Of a stretch of 64,000 nucleotides of DNA, positions 23,529 through 35,640 are shown one piece after another (position 1 is the first letter of the stretch; each line of letters begins with the position of its first letter). A program made the position numbers and the translations under genes. This stretch comes from Mobula hypostoma (Eukaryota). The stretch is taken from assembly GCF_963921235.1 (NCBI RefSeq), contig NC_086108.1, positions 115,260,001 to 115,324,000 of the forward strand. The letters are read 5' to 3'. Below the pieces are notes generated by a model that ran no database searches, was not told the DNA's origin, and saw nothing but the letters and a program-made list of their open reading frames with translations.

Positions 23529-24524
23529 TAGTCATAGTCATAGTCATACTTTATTGATCCCGGGAGAAATTGGTTTTCGTTACAGTTGCACCATAAATAA
23601 TATAGTAACAAAGCCATAAATAATTAAATAGTAATATGTAAATTATGCCAGGAAATAAGTCCAGGACCAGCCTATTGGCTCAGAGTGTCTGACCATCCAA
23701 GGGAGGAGTTGTAAAGTTTGATGGCCACAGGCAGGAATGACTTCCTATGACGCTCTGTGCTGCATCTCGGAGGAATGAGTCTCTGGCTGAATGTACTCCT
23801 GTGCCTACCCAGAACATTATGTAGTGGATGGGAGACATTGTCCAAGATGGCATGCAACTTGGACAGCATCCTCTTTTCAGACACCACCGTCAGGGAGTCC
23901 AGTTCCATCCCCACAACATCACTGGCCTTACGAATGAGTTTGTTGATTCTGTTGGTGTCTGCTACCCTCAGCCTGCTGCCCCAGCACACAACAGCAAACA
24001 TGATCGCAATGGCCACCACAGACTCGTAGAACATCCTGAGCATCGTCCGGCAGATGTTAAAGGACCTCAGTCTCCTCAGGAAATAGAGACGGCTCTGACC
24101 CTTTTTGTAGACAGCCTCAGTGTTCTTTGACCAGTCCAGTTTATTGTCAATTCGTATCCCCAGGTATTTGTAATCCTCCACCATGTCCACACTGACCCTC
24201 TGGATGGAAACAGGGGTCACCGGTACCTTAGCTCTCCTCAGGTCTACCATCAGCTCCTCAGTCTTTTTCACATTAAGCTGCAGATAATTCTGCTCACACC
24301 ATGTGACAATTTTTCCTACCGTAGCCCTGTACTCAGCCTCATCTCCCTTGCTGATGCATCCAACTATGGCAGAGTCATCCGAAAACTTCTGAAGATGACA
24401 AGACTCTGTGCAGTAGTTGAAGTCCGAGGTGTAATGGTGAAGAGAAAGGGAGACAAGACAGTCCCCTGTGGAGCCCCAGTGCTGCTGATCTCTCTGTCGG
24501 ACACACAGTGTTGCAAGCACACGT
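23529..24524 (-). mobile_element. Rex1/Babar LINE, 5'-truncated, RT C-terminal ORF open
   Basis: ORF 23672-24520: HLQKFSDDSAIVGCI, LQLNVKKT, YKYLG, QSRLYFLRRLRSF, SFLPVAIKLYN; (ATGACT)n tail next to the exon donor. Confidence 0.9.
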
Positions 24525-24569
24525 ATTATCAGTTTGCTTCCTCACTGACAAGAATCCTGCTAGAAAATG

Positions 24570-24740
24570 ACAGGGTGATGCAACGGCTAGAGTGCTATTG
24601 CCTCACATCTCCAGAGACTCGGGCTTGATCCTGACCTCTCGAGCTGTCATGGGGTCACCCTCAGCCTGCTGCCCCTTCAACCGCGCTGTCTGCGTGGAGT
24701 TTGCCGCGTTCTCCATGAATTCAGCCTGGTTTTCTCCCAC
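24570..24740 (+). mobile_element. Degraded tRNA-derived SINE
   Basis: GCCTCACATCTCCAGAGACTCGGGCTTGATCCTGACC and TGTCTGCGTGGAGTTTGC motifs. Confidence 0.55.
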
Positions 24741-24889
24741 ATCCTGCATTCCCTGTTCGAGTGCCTGTCTAAATGCCACTTAGACATCACGATTGTACCT
24801 GCTTCTGCCACCTCACCTGGCGGTGCATTCCAGACACCCATCATTCCCCGTGTGAACACAAACCTTGTTCACACGTCTCCTTTAAACTC

Positions 24890-25635
24890 TCAAAGTTCAA
24901 AGCAGAATTTATTATCAGAGTACATACATGTCACCATGTATAACCTCGATATTCTTTTCCTATGGGTATACTTAGCAACAGTAACTGTAAACATCAGGTA
25001 CTGCTAATTGTAAACAAGATGTGCTAATACAGTTATAAATAAATAGTAATAAATAATGAACATGAAATAACAATATAACAGAGTCCTTAAATGCGTGTTG
25101 CTATCCCCTTTTGTTCAGGAGCCTGATGGTTGAGTGGTAGTAACTGTTTTTGAGCCTGGTGGTGAGAGTCCTGAGACTCCTGTACCTTCTGCGGGAAAAG
25201 AGCATAGCCTGGGTGGTGGGGATCTTTGATGATGGATGCTGCTTTCTACAGCAACGTTTCACGTAGATGTGCTCAACAGTTGGGAGGGTTTTTACTCGTG
25301 ATGTACTGGGCTGAATCCACTATCTTTTGTAGTATTTTCCACACAAAGGCATTGATGTTCCTATATTAGGCCGTAATGCAGCCAGTCAGCGCACTTCCCA
25401 CCACACATCTATAGAAGTTTGCCAAGGTTTTCGATGACATGCGAAATCTCCACAGACTCCTGAGGATTTAGAGGCTGCTGTGCGTTCTTCGCCATAATAT
25501 TTATATCAAGGGTCCAGGACAGGTCCTCTGGGATAATGAGACCCAGGAATTTAAAGTTGCTGACCCTTTCCACCTTGGGTCCTCTGATGAGTACTGGCTC
25601 ATGCACCTCTGGTTTTCCTCTCCTGAAGTCTACAC
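24890..25635 (-). mobile_element. Rex1/Babar-type LINE 3' fragment
   Basis: ORF 25409-25606: KVERVSNFKFLGLIIPEDLSW. Confidence 0.8.
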
Positions 25636-25789
25636 GTAGGCCTTCCAGTATTTCACGTTTCCACCCTGGGAAAATGGTTAGCTATGTTCCTCATAAATTT
25701 TTAACTTCTCTCTGGTCTTCCCTTAGCCTCGGACACCAGGGAAAACAACAGACATTTGTGCAACTTCTCCTTATTAACTCAAGTGTAAA

Positions 25790-28320
25790 AAGACCCTGAT
25801 GGGAGTTCTATACAGACCTCCAAACAGTAGTAAGGATATGGTCTACAAATTACAACGAAAGGTAGAAATTGCATGCCAAAATGGGGCACTTCAATATACA
25901 GGTAGACTGGGAAAATCAATTTACAGGTGCTGGATTCCTGGAGGGGGATTTTCTAGAGTGCCTATGAGATGGCTTTTTAGAGCAGCTCATGATTAAGCCC
26001 AGCAGAGGATCAGTTATTTTGTACAATTAATCAGAATTGACTGGAGAGCTTAAGGTAAAAGAACCCTTAGGTGAAAGTGATCATAACATAATTAAAATTC
26101 ACCCTGAAATTTGAGAAGGAGAAGCTAAAGTCAGATGTATCGGTATTACAGTGGAGTAAAGGGAATAAAAGCCATGAGAGAGGAGTTGCCAGAATTCATT
26201 GGAAAAGAACACTGGCAGGGATGACGGCAGAACAGAAATGGATGAAATTTCTGGAAGTAATTCGGAAGGCACAGTATACATGCATCCCAAAGAGGAAGAA
26301 GTATTCTAAAGGAAAGATGACACAACTGTGGCTAACAAGAGCAATCAAAGCCAACATAAACGGCAAAGAGCATATAATAGAGCAAAAATTAGAAGGAAGT
26401 TAGAGAATTGGGAAGCTTTTAAAAACCAACAGAAGGCAACTAAAAAAGTAATTAAGAAGGTAAAGTTGGAATATGAAAATAATCTAGCCAATAATATTAA
26501 AGAGGATAGCAAAAGTTTCTTCAGATACATAATGTGTAAAAGAGAGGCGAGAGTGGATATCGGACCCACTGGAAAACAATGCTGAAGAGGTGGTAATAGG
26601 GGACAACGAAATGGCGGATGAACTGAATAAGTATCTTGTATCAGTCTTCACTGTGGAAGACGCTAGCAGTACGGTGGAAGTTCCAGGTCTCAGGGGTCAT
26701 GAAGTGTGTGAAGTTACCATTACTAGAGAGAAGATTCTTGTGAAACTGAAAGGGCTGAAGGTAGATAAGTCACCTGTACCAGATGCTGGACACCCCAGAG
26801 TTCTGAAAGACGTGGCTGAAGAGATCGTGGAGGCATCAGTAATGATCTTTCAAGAATCACTAGATTCTGGAATGGTTCTGGAAGACTGGAAATTACAAAT
26901 GTTACTCCAATCCTCAAGAAGAGAGAGTGGCAAAAGGAAGGAAACTATAGGCCAGTTAGTCTGACTTCAGTGGTTGGGAGGATATTGGAGATGATTATTA
27001 AGGATAAGATTTCAGGGTACTTGGAGGTACATGATAAAATAGGCTATAGTCAGCACGGTTTCCTCAAGGGAAAATATCGCCTGACAAATCTGTTGGAATT
27101 CTTTGAAGAAATAGCAAGCAGGATAGACAATGGAGAATTTGACATGGTGTTCTCGGATTTTTAGAAGGCCTTTGACGATGCCACACATGAGGCTGCTTAA
27201 CAAGGTATGAACCTGTGGTATTACAGGAAAGATTCTAGCATGGATAAAGCAGTGGCTGATTGGCAGGAGGCAATGAGTGGGAATAAAGGGAGCCTTTTCT
27301 GGTTGGCTGCTGGTGACTGGTGGTGTTCCACAGGGGTCTGTGTTGGGACTGATTCTTCTTATGTTATATTGTCAGTGATTTCAATGATGGAATGGATGGC
27401 TTTGTAGCAAAGTTTGCAGGCAATATGAAGCTAGGTGGGGGGGCAGGTAGTTTTGAGAAAGTAGAGAGGCTGCAGAAGGATTTAGACAGATTAGGAGAAT
27501 GGGTAAAGAAATGGCAGATGGGATGCAGTGTTGGGAAGTATAAGGTCATGCGCTTTGGTGGAAGAAATAAAAGGGTTGATTAGTTTCTAAGTGGAGAGAA
27601 ATCAAAAAACTGAGGTGCAAAGGGACTTGGGAGTCCTTGTGTAGGATTCCCTAAAGGTTAATTTGCAGGTTGAGTCTGTGGTGAGGAAGGCAAGTGCAAT
27701 ATTAGCATTCATTTCAAGAGGACTAGAATATAAAGGCAAGGATGTAATGCTGAGACTTTATAAAGCACTGGTGAGGCTTCACTTGGAGTATTGTGAGGAG
27801 TTTTGGGCCCCTTATCTTATAAAGGATGTGCTGAAACTGGAGAGGGTTCAAAGGAGGTTCCCAAAAATGATTCCAGGATTGAGTGGCTTATGAAGAGTGT
27901 CTGATGGCTCTAGGCGTATATTCACTTAGAATTCAGAAGAAGAAGGGTGACCTCATTGAAACCTAGTGAATGGTGAAAGGTGTTGAGAGAGTGGATGTGG
28001 AGAGGATATTTCTGTGGTGGGAGAGTCTAAGACCAGAGGACACAGACTAGAGGGGCGTCCTTTTAGAACGGCGATGAGGAGGAACTTCTTTAGCCAGAGG
28101 GTGTTGAATCTGTGGAATTGGCAGCTGTGGAGGCCACGTTTTTATGTATATTTAAGGCAGAGGTTGATAGATTCTTGATTGGTCAGGGCATGAAGGGATA
28201 TGAGTGGAAGGCAGGAGATCAGGGCTGAGAGGAAAATTGGATCAGCCATGATGAAATGACCAAGCAGACTTGATGGGCCAAATAGCCTAATTCTGCTCCT
28301 ACAGTATATCTTATGGTTTT
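25790..28320 (+). mobile_element. CR1 LINE ORF2, older and multiply frameshifted
   Basis: Collinear fragments GVLYRPPNSS, KSFFRYI, LKVDKSP, SQHGFLKGK..LTNLLEFFE, LYKALVRLHLEYC, then 3' UTR. Confidence 0.92.
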
Positions 28321-28504
28321 ATACCCTCCAACCCAGGCAGCATCCTGGGGAACTTCTCTAAAGCCTCCACATCCTTCCTGTAATGCAGCGACAGAAATGC
28401 ACACAATACTCCAAAAGTGGCCTAACCAATGTTTTATACAGATATAACGTGACATCCTGACTCTTGTACTCAATGCCCTGAGAGAGTATGCAATATTTCC
28501 ATGC

Positions 28505-28760
28505 ACCATGTTTACTACCTATCACCTCCCAACCTCTTACTTCATTCCACCCACCCACCCACCTTCCCCATCACTTGGCTTCACATCACCTTCCAGCTTG
28601 ACCTCCTTTCCCTCCTTTTCTTCCCTGCACCTCCTTATTCTGGTTTCATCCCCTTCCTTTGCAGTCCTGATGAAGGGTCACGGCCCAAAACATTGTTTTG
28701 TGTTCCTCTCTGTTGATGCTGGCTGACTGGCTGAGTTCCTCCAGCATTTTGTGTGTGTGT
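28505..28760 (+). mobile_element. Penelope tail with inactivated hammerhead element
   Basis: CT-rich tail, then CAGTC-CTGATGA-AGGG..GCCC-AAAAC (28662-28691; GAAA changed to AAAA) and GCTGAGTTCCTCCAGCATTTTGTGTG. Confidence 0.75.
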
Positions 28761-29129
28761 TATCTAATTATGTTCCCTGTTTTGGGGAGTCATATGGACT
28801 CGTATTTCCAGATCCCTCTGTACCTCAGTGCTCCGAAGGGTCCTGCAATTTAGATTGGGGTTCTTGTCCAAACAGCAGATCTGCAGATCTGGTCTGATGA
28901 AGATGCTGAAGGAATGTGATGGGGCAGATGAGAAGATGTTGCCAATGGTTGAAGATCAGAACCAGAGGGCACTGTGGGGCAACAGTGTTTAATGTGGAAC
29001 TCCAAGTGTGGATCAAATGTGGACTCGCTCCACGAGGAACGGTTGAATGATATAGTGCCAATCGATTAAAAGGGAGCTGGGTGGTGAGGAGAAACGTAGC
29101 CATGGGAATAGAGCGAAATGTGTGTTACG

Positions 29130-29430
29130 TTAGTGTAGTGGTTCATGAAACACCATATCGTGCCAGCTGTAAGATTGGGATTCAATTCCCACAACTATCT
29201 GTAAAGAGTTTCTACGTTCTGCCCATGATTGAATGGCTTCCTCTGGGTGCTCCGGTTTCCTCGCACATCCCAAAGATGTATGGCTTAGGGTTAGTGAGTT
29301 GTGGGGATGCTGTGTTGACAGAAAAAGCACGGCAACACTTGTGGGCTGCCCAGTACAATCCTCACTGATTTGATTTGCGCATTTCACTGTATTTATTTTG
29401 ATGCGTGTATGAGAAATACAGCTAATCTTT
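29130..29430 (+). mobile_element. tRNA-derived SINE
   Basis: GTGTAGTGGTT..GGATTCAATTCCC..TCTGTAAAGAGTTT..TCCTCTGGGTGCTCCGGTTTCCTCGCACATCCCAAAGATG. Confidence 0.75.
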
Positions 29431-29648
29431 AATTTGAGGACCCTTAATCTCTGTAAGTACCAGCATAGAAAAGTTGAGCTGAATGCCCTGTTTCTGTGCT
29501 ATTCATTTTGATCACTGTCTTGCCTCAGTGGTACAGATGAATCAAATGAAAACTCGACTCAGAGCAGAACTTGTGCCAAACTTCACGTTTTCCCCCGGGA
29601 TCTTGGTGAGGTTCCCGTGACTGACTGACCCCTTTCTCCCCCGTCCAG

Positions 29649-29862
29649 GCGGCTGGCCATGCAAGCAGAGAACAAGGCTGCACGCACAGCCACCAGCACT
29701 ATCCTCTCACAAGCAACAAAGGACAGACTACAGTATGCCAGAGCCCGGGTGGCAGTTCAGAGGGGGCGAGCATTGATGGTAGAAGCCCCTGAGGAGGCCA
29801 CAGACGCAGGATTTCCCTGGACCAAACCCACCCATTGTGAGACACCTCCTTCAGAAACCTGA
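29649..29862 (+). CDS. LRRIQ3: LRRIQ3 terminal coding exon
   Basis: Branch-like CTGAC and acceptor CCCTTTCTCCCCCGTCCAG; AG+G completes an Arg codon in frame with the previous exon. ATKDRLQYARARVAV resembles recalled mammalian ACERLQDAKTKVAI; stop at 29860-29862. Confidence 0.8.
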
Positions 29863-30179
29863 GGTCCAGCGATTACTGGCCACTGCACATTAAGCAAGAG
29901 CATGTTGCACAAGTCTGTTCCAAATACTTTAAGATACTTCAACTTTCAGATGTCACGATATGTAAAATATTTGCTATTTGCTTAAGACATCCTTGATTTG
30001 AATGCAGAAGCTGACTGTGTATGAATGTCACTCAGGAGCCGTGAAGTTGGAAAGAGATATACCAGTGATATATCGAGTGGACAGCAAGAGACTTTTGCCC
30101 AGGGTAGAAATGGCTAACACAAGGGAGTATAATTTTAAGGTGATTGCAGGAACGTATGTATACAGTAGTGGGAATATCA

Positions 30180-31812
30180 TATATAACCATATAACAATTA
30201 CAGCACGGAAACAGGCCATCTCGGCCCTTCTAGTCCATGCCAACCTTACTCTCACCTTGTCCCACCGACCTGCACTCAGCCCATAACTGTCCATTCATTT
30301 CCTGTCCATATAGTTGTCCAATTTAACTTTAAACGACAACATAGAACCTGCCTCAACCACTTCTGCTGGAAGCTCGTTCCACATAGCTACCACTCTCTGA
30401 GTAAAGAAGTTCCCCCTCATGTTACCCCTAAACTTTTGCCCTTTAACTCTCAACTCACGTCCTCTTGTTTGAATCCCTATCCACATCAACTCTATCTATC
30501 CCCCTCATAACTTTAAATACCTCTATCAAGTTCCCCCTCAACCTTCTACGTTTCAAAGAATAAAGACCCAACTTGTTCAACCTTTCTCTGTAACTTAAGT
30601 GATAACATTCTAGTAAAGTGATAACATCCTAGTTAGGTAACATTCTAGTAAACCTTCTTTATACTCTCTCTATTTTGTTGACATCTTTCCTATAATTCGG
30701 TGACCAAAATTGTACACAATACTCCAAATTTGGCGTCACCAATGCCTTGTACAATTTCAACATTACATCCCAAATCTTATAGTCAATGTTCTGATTTATA
30801 AAGGCCAGCATACTAAAAGCTTTCTTCACCACCCTATCCACATGAGATTCCACCTTCAGGGAACTATGCACCATTATTCCTAGATCCCTCTGTTCTACTG
30901 TATTCTTCAATGCCCTACCATTTACCATGTATGTCCTATTTTGATTAGTCCTACCAAAATGTAGCACCTCACATTTATCAGCATTAAACTCCATCTGCCA
31001 TCTTTCAGCCACTCTTCTGACTGGCCTAAATCTCTCTGCAAGCTTTGAAAACCTACTTCATTATCCACAACTCCACCTATCTTAGTATCATCTGCATACT
31101 TAACTAATCCAATTTACCACCCCATCATCCAGATCATTAATGTATATGACGAATAACATTGGACCCAGTACAGATCCCTGAGGCACACCACTAGTCACTG
31201 GCCTCCAATCTGACAAACAGTTATCCACCACTCTCTGGCGTCTCCCATCCAGCCACTGCTGAATCCATTTTACTACTTCGATATTAATACCTAACGATTG
31301 AACCTTCCTAACTAACCTTCTGTGTGGAACCTTGTCAAAGGCCTTACTGAAGTCCATATAGACAGCATCCACCGCTTTACCCTCGTCAACTTTCCTAGTA
31401 ACCTCTTCAAAAATTCAATAAGATTTGTCAAACATGACCTTTCACGCACGAATCCATGTTGACTGTTCCTAATCAGACCCTGTCTTTCCAGATACCATCT
31501 CTAAGAATACTTTCCATCAATTTACCCACCACTGACGTGAAACTCACCAGCCGATAATTTCTAGGTTTACTTTTAGAAACCTTTGTAAACAATGGAACAA
31601 CATGAGCAATATGCCAATCCTCCGGCACCATCCCTGTTTCTAATGACATTTGAAATATTTCTGTCAGAGCCCCTGCTATTTACACACCAACTTCCCTCAA
31701 GGTCCCAGGGAATATCCTGTCAAGACCCGGAGACTTATTCACTTTTATATTCCTTAAGAGCTCCAGTACTTCCTCTTCTTTAATCATCGTAGTTTCCATA
31801 ACTTCCCCACCT
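30180..31812 (-). mobile_element. CR1 LINE RT fragment nested in an older + strand CR1 (~30060-30160 and ~31815-31955)
   Basis: ORFs 31100-31372 ([21 protein letters not shown]), 30659-31012 and 30295-30489; tail ATATAACCATATAAC. Confidence 0.92.
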
Positions 31813-31961
31813 GTTTACACAGAGGGTGGAGCATACTGCTAGGGATGATGGCACAGGCAGATATATTAGGGACATTTAAGAAACTCTTGGATAGGCACAT
31901 GAATGATAGAAAAATGGAGGGTTATGTGGAAGGGAAAGTTTAGATTGATCTTGGAGTGATC

Positions 31962-33590
31962 TTGGGGTTGTACTGTAGGATGGTCACCCTTTTGGAGGGG
32001 TGGTACTGAGGGAGGGTCAGACTGTGGGAGAGGTAGCACTGCAGGAGGGTCACACTGTGGGAGGGGTGGTACTGAGGGAGGGTCACACTGAGAGGGGTGG
32101 TACTGAGGGAGGGTCACACTGAGAGGGGTGGTGCTGAGGGAGGGTCACACTGTGGGAGGGGTTGTACTGAGGGAGAGTCTGTGGGAGGGGTGGTACTGAG
32201 GGTGAGTCACTCTGTGGGAGGGGTGTACTGAGGGAGGGTCACACTGTGGGAGGGATGGTACTGAGGGAGGGTCACACTATGGGAGGGGTGGTACTGAGGG
32301 AGAGTCACACTGTGGGAGGGGTGGTACTGAGGGAGGGTCACACTGGGAGGGGTGGTACTGAGGGAGGGTCACACTGAGAGGGGTGGTGCTGAGTGAGGGT
32401 CACACTGTGGGAGGGGTTGTACTGAGGGAGAGTCTGGGAGGGGTGGTACTGAGGGTGAGTCACACTGTGGGAGGGGTGGTACTGAGGGAGAGTCACACTG
32501 TGGGTGGGGTGGTACTGTAGGATGGTCACCCTGTTGGAGGGGTGGTACTGAGGGTCAGACTGTGGGAGAGGCAGCACTGGAGGAGGGTCACACTGTGGGA
32601 GGGGTTGTACTGAGGGAGAGTCACACTGAGAGGGGTGGTGCTGAGGGAGGGTCACACTGAGAGGGGTGGTACTGAGGGAGAGTCTGTGGGAGGAGTGGTA
32701 CTGAGGGAGAGTCACACTGTGGGAGGGGTGGTACTGAGGGAGGGTCACACTGAGAGGGGTGGTACTGAGGGAGAGTCACACTGAGAGGGGTGGTGCTGAG
32801 GGAGGGTCACACTGAGAGGGGTGGTACTGAGGGAGAGTCTGTGGGAGGAGTGGTACTGAGGGAGAGTCACACTGTGGGAGGGGTGGTACTGAGGGAGGGT
32901 CACACTGAGAGGGGTGGTACTGAGGGAGGGTCACACTGTGGGAGGGGTGGTACTGAGGAAGGGTCACACTGAGAGGGGTGGTGCTGAGGGAGGGTCACAC
33001 TGTGGGAGGGGTGGTTCTGAGGGAGGGTCACACTGAGAGGGGTGGTACTGAGGGAGGGTCACACTGTGGGAGGGGTGGCACTGAGGGAGGGTCACACTGT
33101 GGGAGGGGTTGTACTGAGGGAGAGTCTGGGAGGGGTGGTACTGAGGGTGAGTCACACTGTGGGAGGGGTGGTACTGAGGGAGAGTCACACTGTGGGTGGG
33201 GTGGTACTGTAGGATGGTCACCCTGTTGGAGGGGTGGTACTGAGGGAGGGTCAGACTGTGGGAGAGGCAGCACTGGAGGAGGATCACACTGTGGGAGGGG
33301 TTGTACTGAGGGAGAGTCACACTGAGAGGGGTGGTGCTGAGGGAGGGTCACACTGAGAGGGGTGGTACTGAGGGAGAGTCTGTGGGAGGAGTGGTACTGA
33401 GGGAGAGTCACACTGTGGGAGGGGTGGTACTGAGGGAGGGTCACACTGAGAGGGGTGGTGCTGAGGGAGGGTCACACTGTGGGAGGGGTGGCACTGAGGG
33501 AGGGTCACACTGTGGGAGGGGTGGCACTGAAGGAGGGTCTCACTGTGGGAGGGGTGGTACTGAGGGAGGGTCTCACTGTGGGAGGGGTGC
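31962..33590. repeat. G-rich minisatellite, 30/33-bp unit GGAGGGGTGGTACTGAGGGAGGGTCACACT(GTG), with higher-order structure; a few units reappear at ~34780-34866
   Basis: About 50 units. The variant TACTGTAGGATGGTCACCCT recurs at 31971, 32513 and 33205. Confidence 0.96.
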
Positions 33591-33661
33591 CCATGCTGCT
33601 CTCCAGCCTGAGCAGCAGCTCTGACTCTCGGCTCCCAGTTCTGGACACCCCGCCCTGCACC

Positions 33662-34177
33662 ATGGTCAAGCATTTCTGAGTCAAGCTAGCAGAAGAAAGA
33701 AGGTTCCCTTGGGGTCAGTTGTGCAGCTTTGCATCCAGAAAGATGTACAGTATATGAATTGAAATTTACCTAGTACCTGTGAGATATTCTTCCCAGGCCC
33801 TGACAACCTCCGCAGCTTCAAACTTATTGTCTGCCCAGATGAGGACTTCTTTCAATGAGGCAAATCGGTGTTTAGTTTTGTTGAACAAGGGTATCCTCAT
33901 AATTCTCCAAAAGTGAAATGTGAAGCCATGGTGTATCATTCAAATATCGATCTCGAAGGCAATGTCTGTCTACACATCCTTAGAGAGGACTGGGAACCCG
34001 TATTGTCGATAAACTCTAGAATTTCTGGGCTGCAGTACCAGTTTTTGGATCCTAACCCTGAGGACCCCCTGAATAAGGAAGCAGCGGGACAGCAGACGCC
34101 TCTCTGAACAGAGCGGACAGCGACCCATGCGGGGCATTTGCGTTAGTTCCACTTACTTCCAACGATGCCTTCAATAG
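33662..34177 (+). pseudogene. UBE2M: Processed pseudogene of NEDD8-conjugating enzyme Ubc12
   Basis: Intronless; ACCATGG start; [86 protein letters not shown]. Early frameshift, TGA at 33856-33858 and deletions; 3' UTR with AATAAA at 34494-34499. Confidence 0.93.
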
Positions 34178-34866
34178 GGCCCAGCCCGCAGAAGCTGAAG
34201 CCAGAGAGAGAGAGAATCTGACGTGGTTAAAATATATAAACAAACATTAAAATAAACTTAATCGAAACCAGGAGGATTATAGAGTGGACGGGCAGCCGTC
34301 AGCATAAAGTTACAGGAAGAAATGGAATTGGAATTTTTATTTTTAAAAAGGGGACTGCTTGATTTTGGGTACATCTCTGGAGAATGCCAAGAAGTTTGAA
34401 CTGGACTTTAGCTCCCGACTACTGCCTCCTCCTCCCTCCACAATTAAACGAACTGTAAATGTGTTTGACGTGGAGTGCAGGAGTCTTTATGTTAATAAAA
34501 AATTCTTAAATTGCTGTAGAAAACTTTTGGCCCATTGACCCTGTCAGCCAATGCTCCCCACCTGTGCCCTACCTGCCCGTCACCTCTGCTGACTCTTCCT
34601 GTAGGTCAAAGCATGCAGGAGAGGGTGAGGGTGAGGGTGCGGGTGCCAGGTGAATCTAGGGAGAAAGGAACATACACTCTAATCCCGTGTCCTGCCTGTT
34701 TTGAATGTTTTGTCTGTTCATTAAGTTCTATAGTTTTTTAAAATGAAACATTCCCTCCCAAACTAAAGCGAAGATATTGAGGGGAGATCACACCGTGGCA
34801 GGGGTGGCACTGAGGCAGGGTCATACTGAGCGAGGGGTGGCACTGACAGAGCCTCACACTATGGAG

Positions 34867-35640
34867 CTCTCTCTTCTAGAGTCGGAACTTGCGGCGAAAT
34901 TTGCTAAGTAACAATTCTGGAGACTGCCGGAAGACTTTGAGAGTGTGGAATGAGCGGATTGAAACAGTTCCTTTGAAGCATTCCTAGAAGCATTTGTTTC
35001 GACGAAGTTTTTCGCTGCGTGTCTCTCCGCGCTGAGCAGTGGGTGCGGCTGGCAGATCACCACAGTTTGAGACTGACTGCTGGCAGCGAGGGCGGATTTA
35101 TTCCGTCTGTAATAGCGGTACCCTCTGCCAGCCCCCCTCCCCCGCCCCCCCCCCCCCAGTTTGGAGTGCCTTGCCCAGGCCGACTGGGTGAAGAGGACCT
35201 TGGGCAGCAGACCGGCCGGGGAAAAGCTTTCACCTGTTCGCGACCGTTGCGCAGACGGCGCTAAGGTTTCTTTCAACACCGCACGGATTTCCCTGCCTAT
35301 GAATTCCTTCTCTGAACTGTTTCACTTTGACTGTTTGCTGATGTTCCACTGGCTGTAGACTTTTCTCCCCCCGCGACAGTGTTTGAACTCGTCAATGTGA
35401 ACCGCACCGTGGCTGGGTATGGCTCGAAGTTGGTGTAGCCGAAATCTTAAACGTAAACTGCGGTGTCGGGAGTTGCCGCTCACGAAGAGTACAAATTACT
35501 GACTTTAAAGATCGTTACACAGTGTACTACGCCATTCAGTCAGCAGGAATGCCGCCATAAGTAATAATGGCGGAGACTGTTAGAGGCCGTGAGGCCGGTA
35601 GCGGCTTTGAACGGGAAAGCTATTTTCTGTGTGAAGTCGG
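34867..35640 (+). mobile_element. Possible very degraded L1/Tx1-clade ORF2 C-terminal relic, CpG-rich
   Basis: Frame-hopping translation gives KTLRVWN, EQWVR..ITTV.D..EGGFI, KVSFN..FPAYEFL and LNGKAI, in an order resembling post-RT Tx1/L1 segments. Weak similarity. Confidence 0.35.

Noticed and set aside
31866..33679. Pro/His/Ser repeat ORFs on both strands
   Set aside because: Translations of the minisatellite; no splice or homology support.
33868..34107. Functional short E2 enzyme ORF
   Set aside because: GTG-started fragment of a pseudogene, with an upstream stop and frameshift and a downstream deletion.
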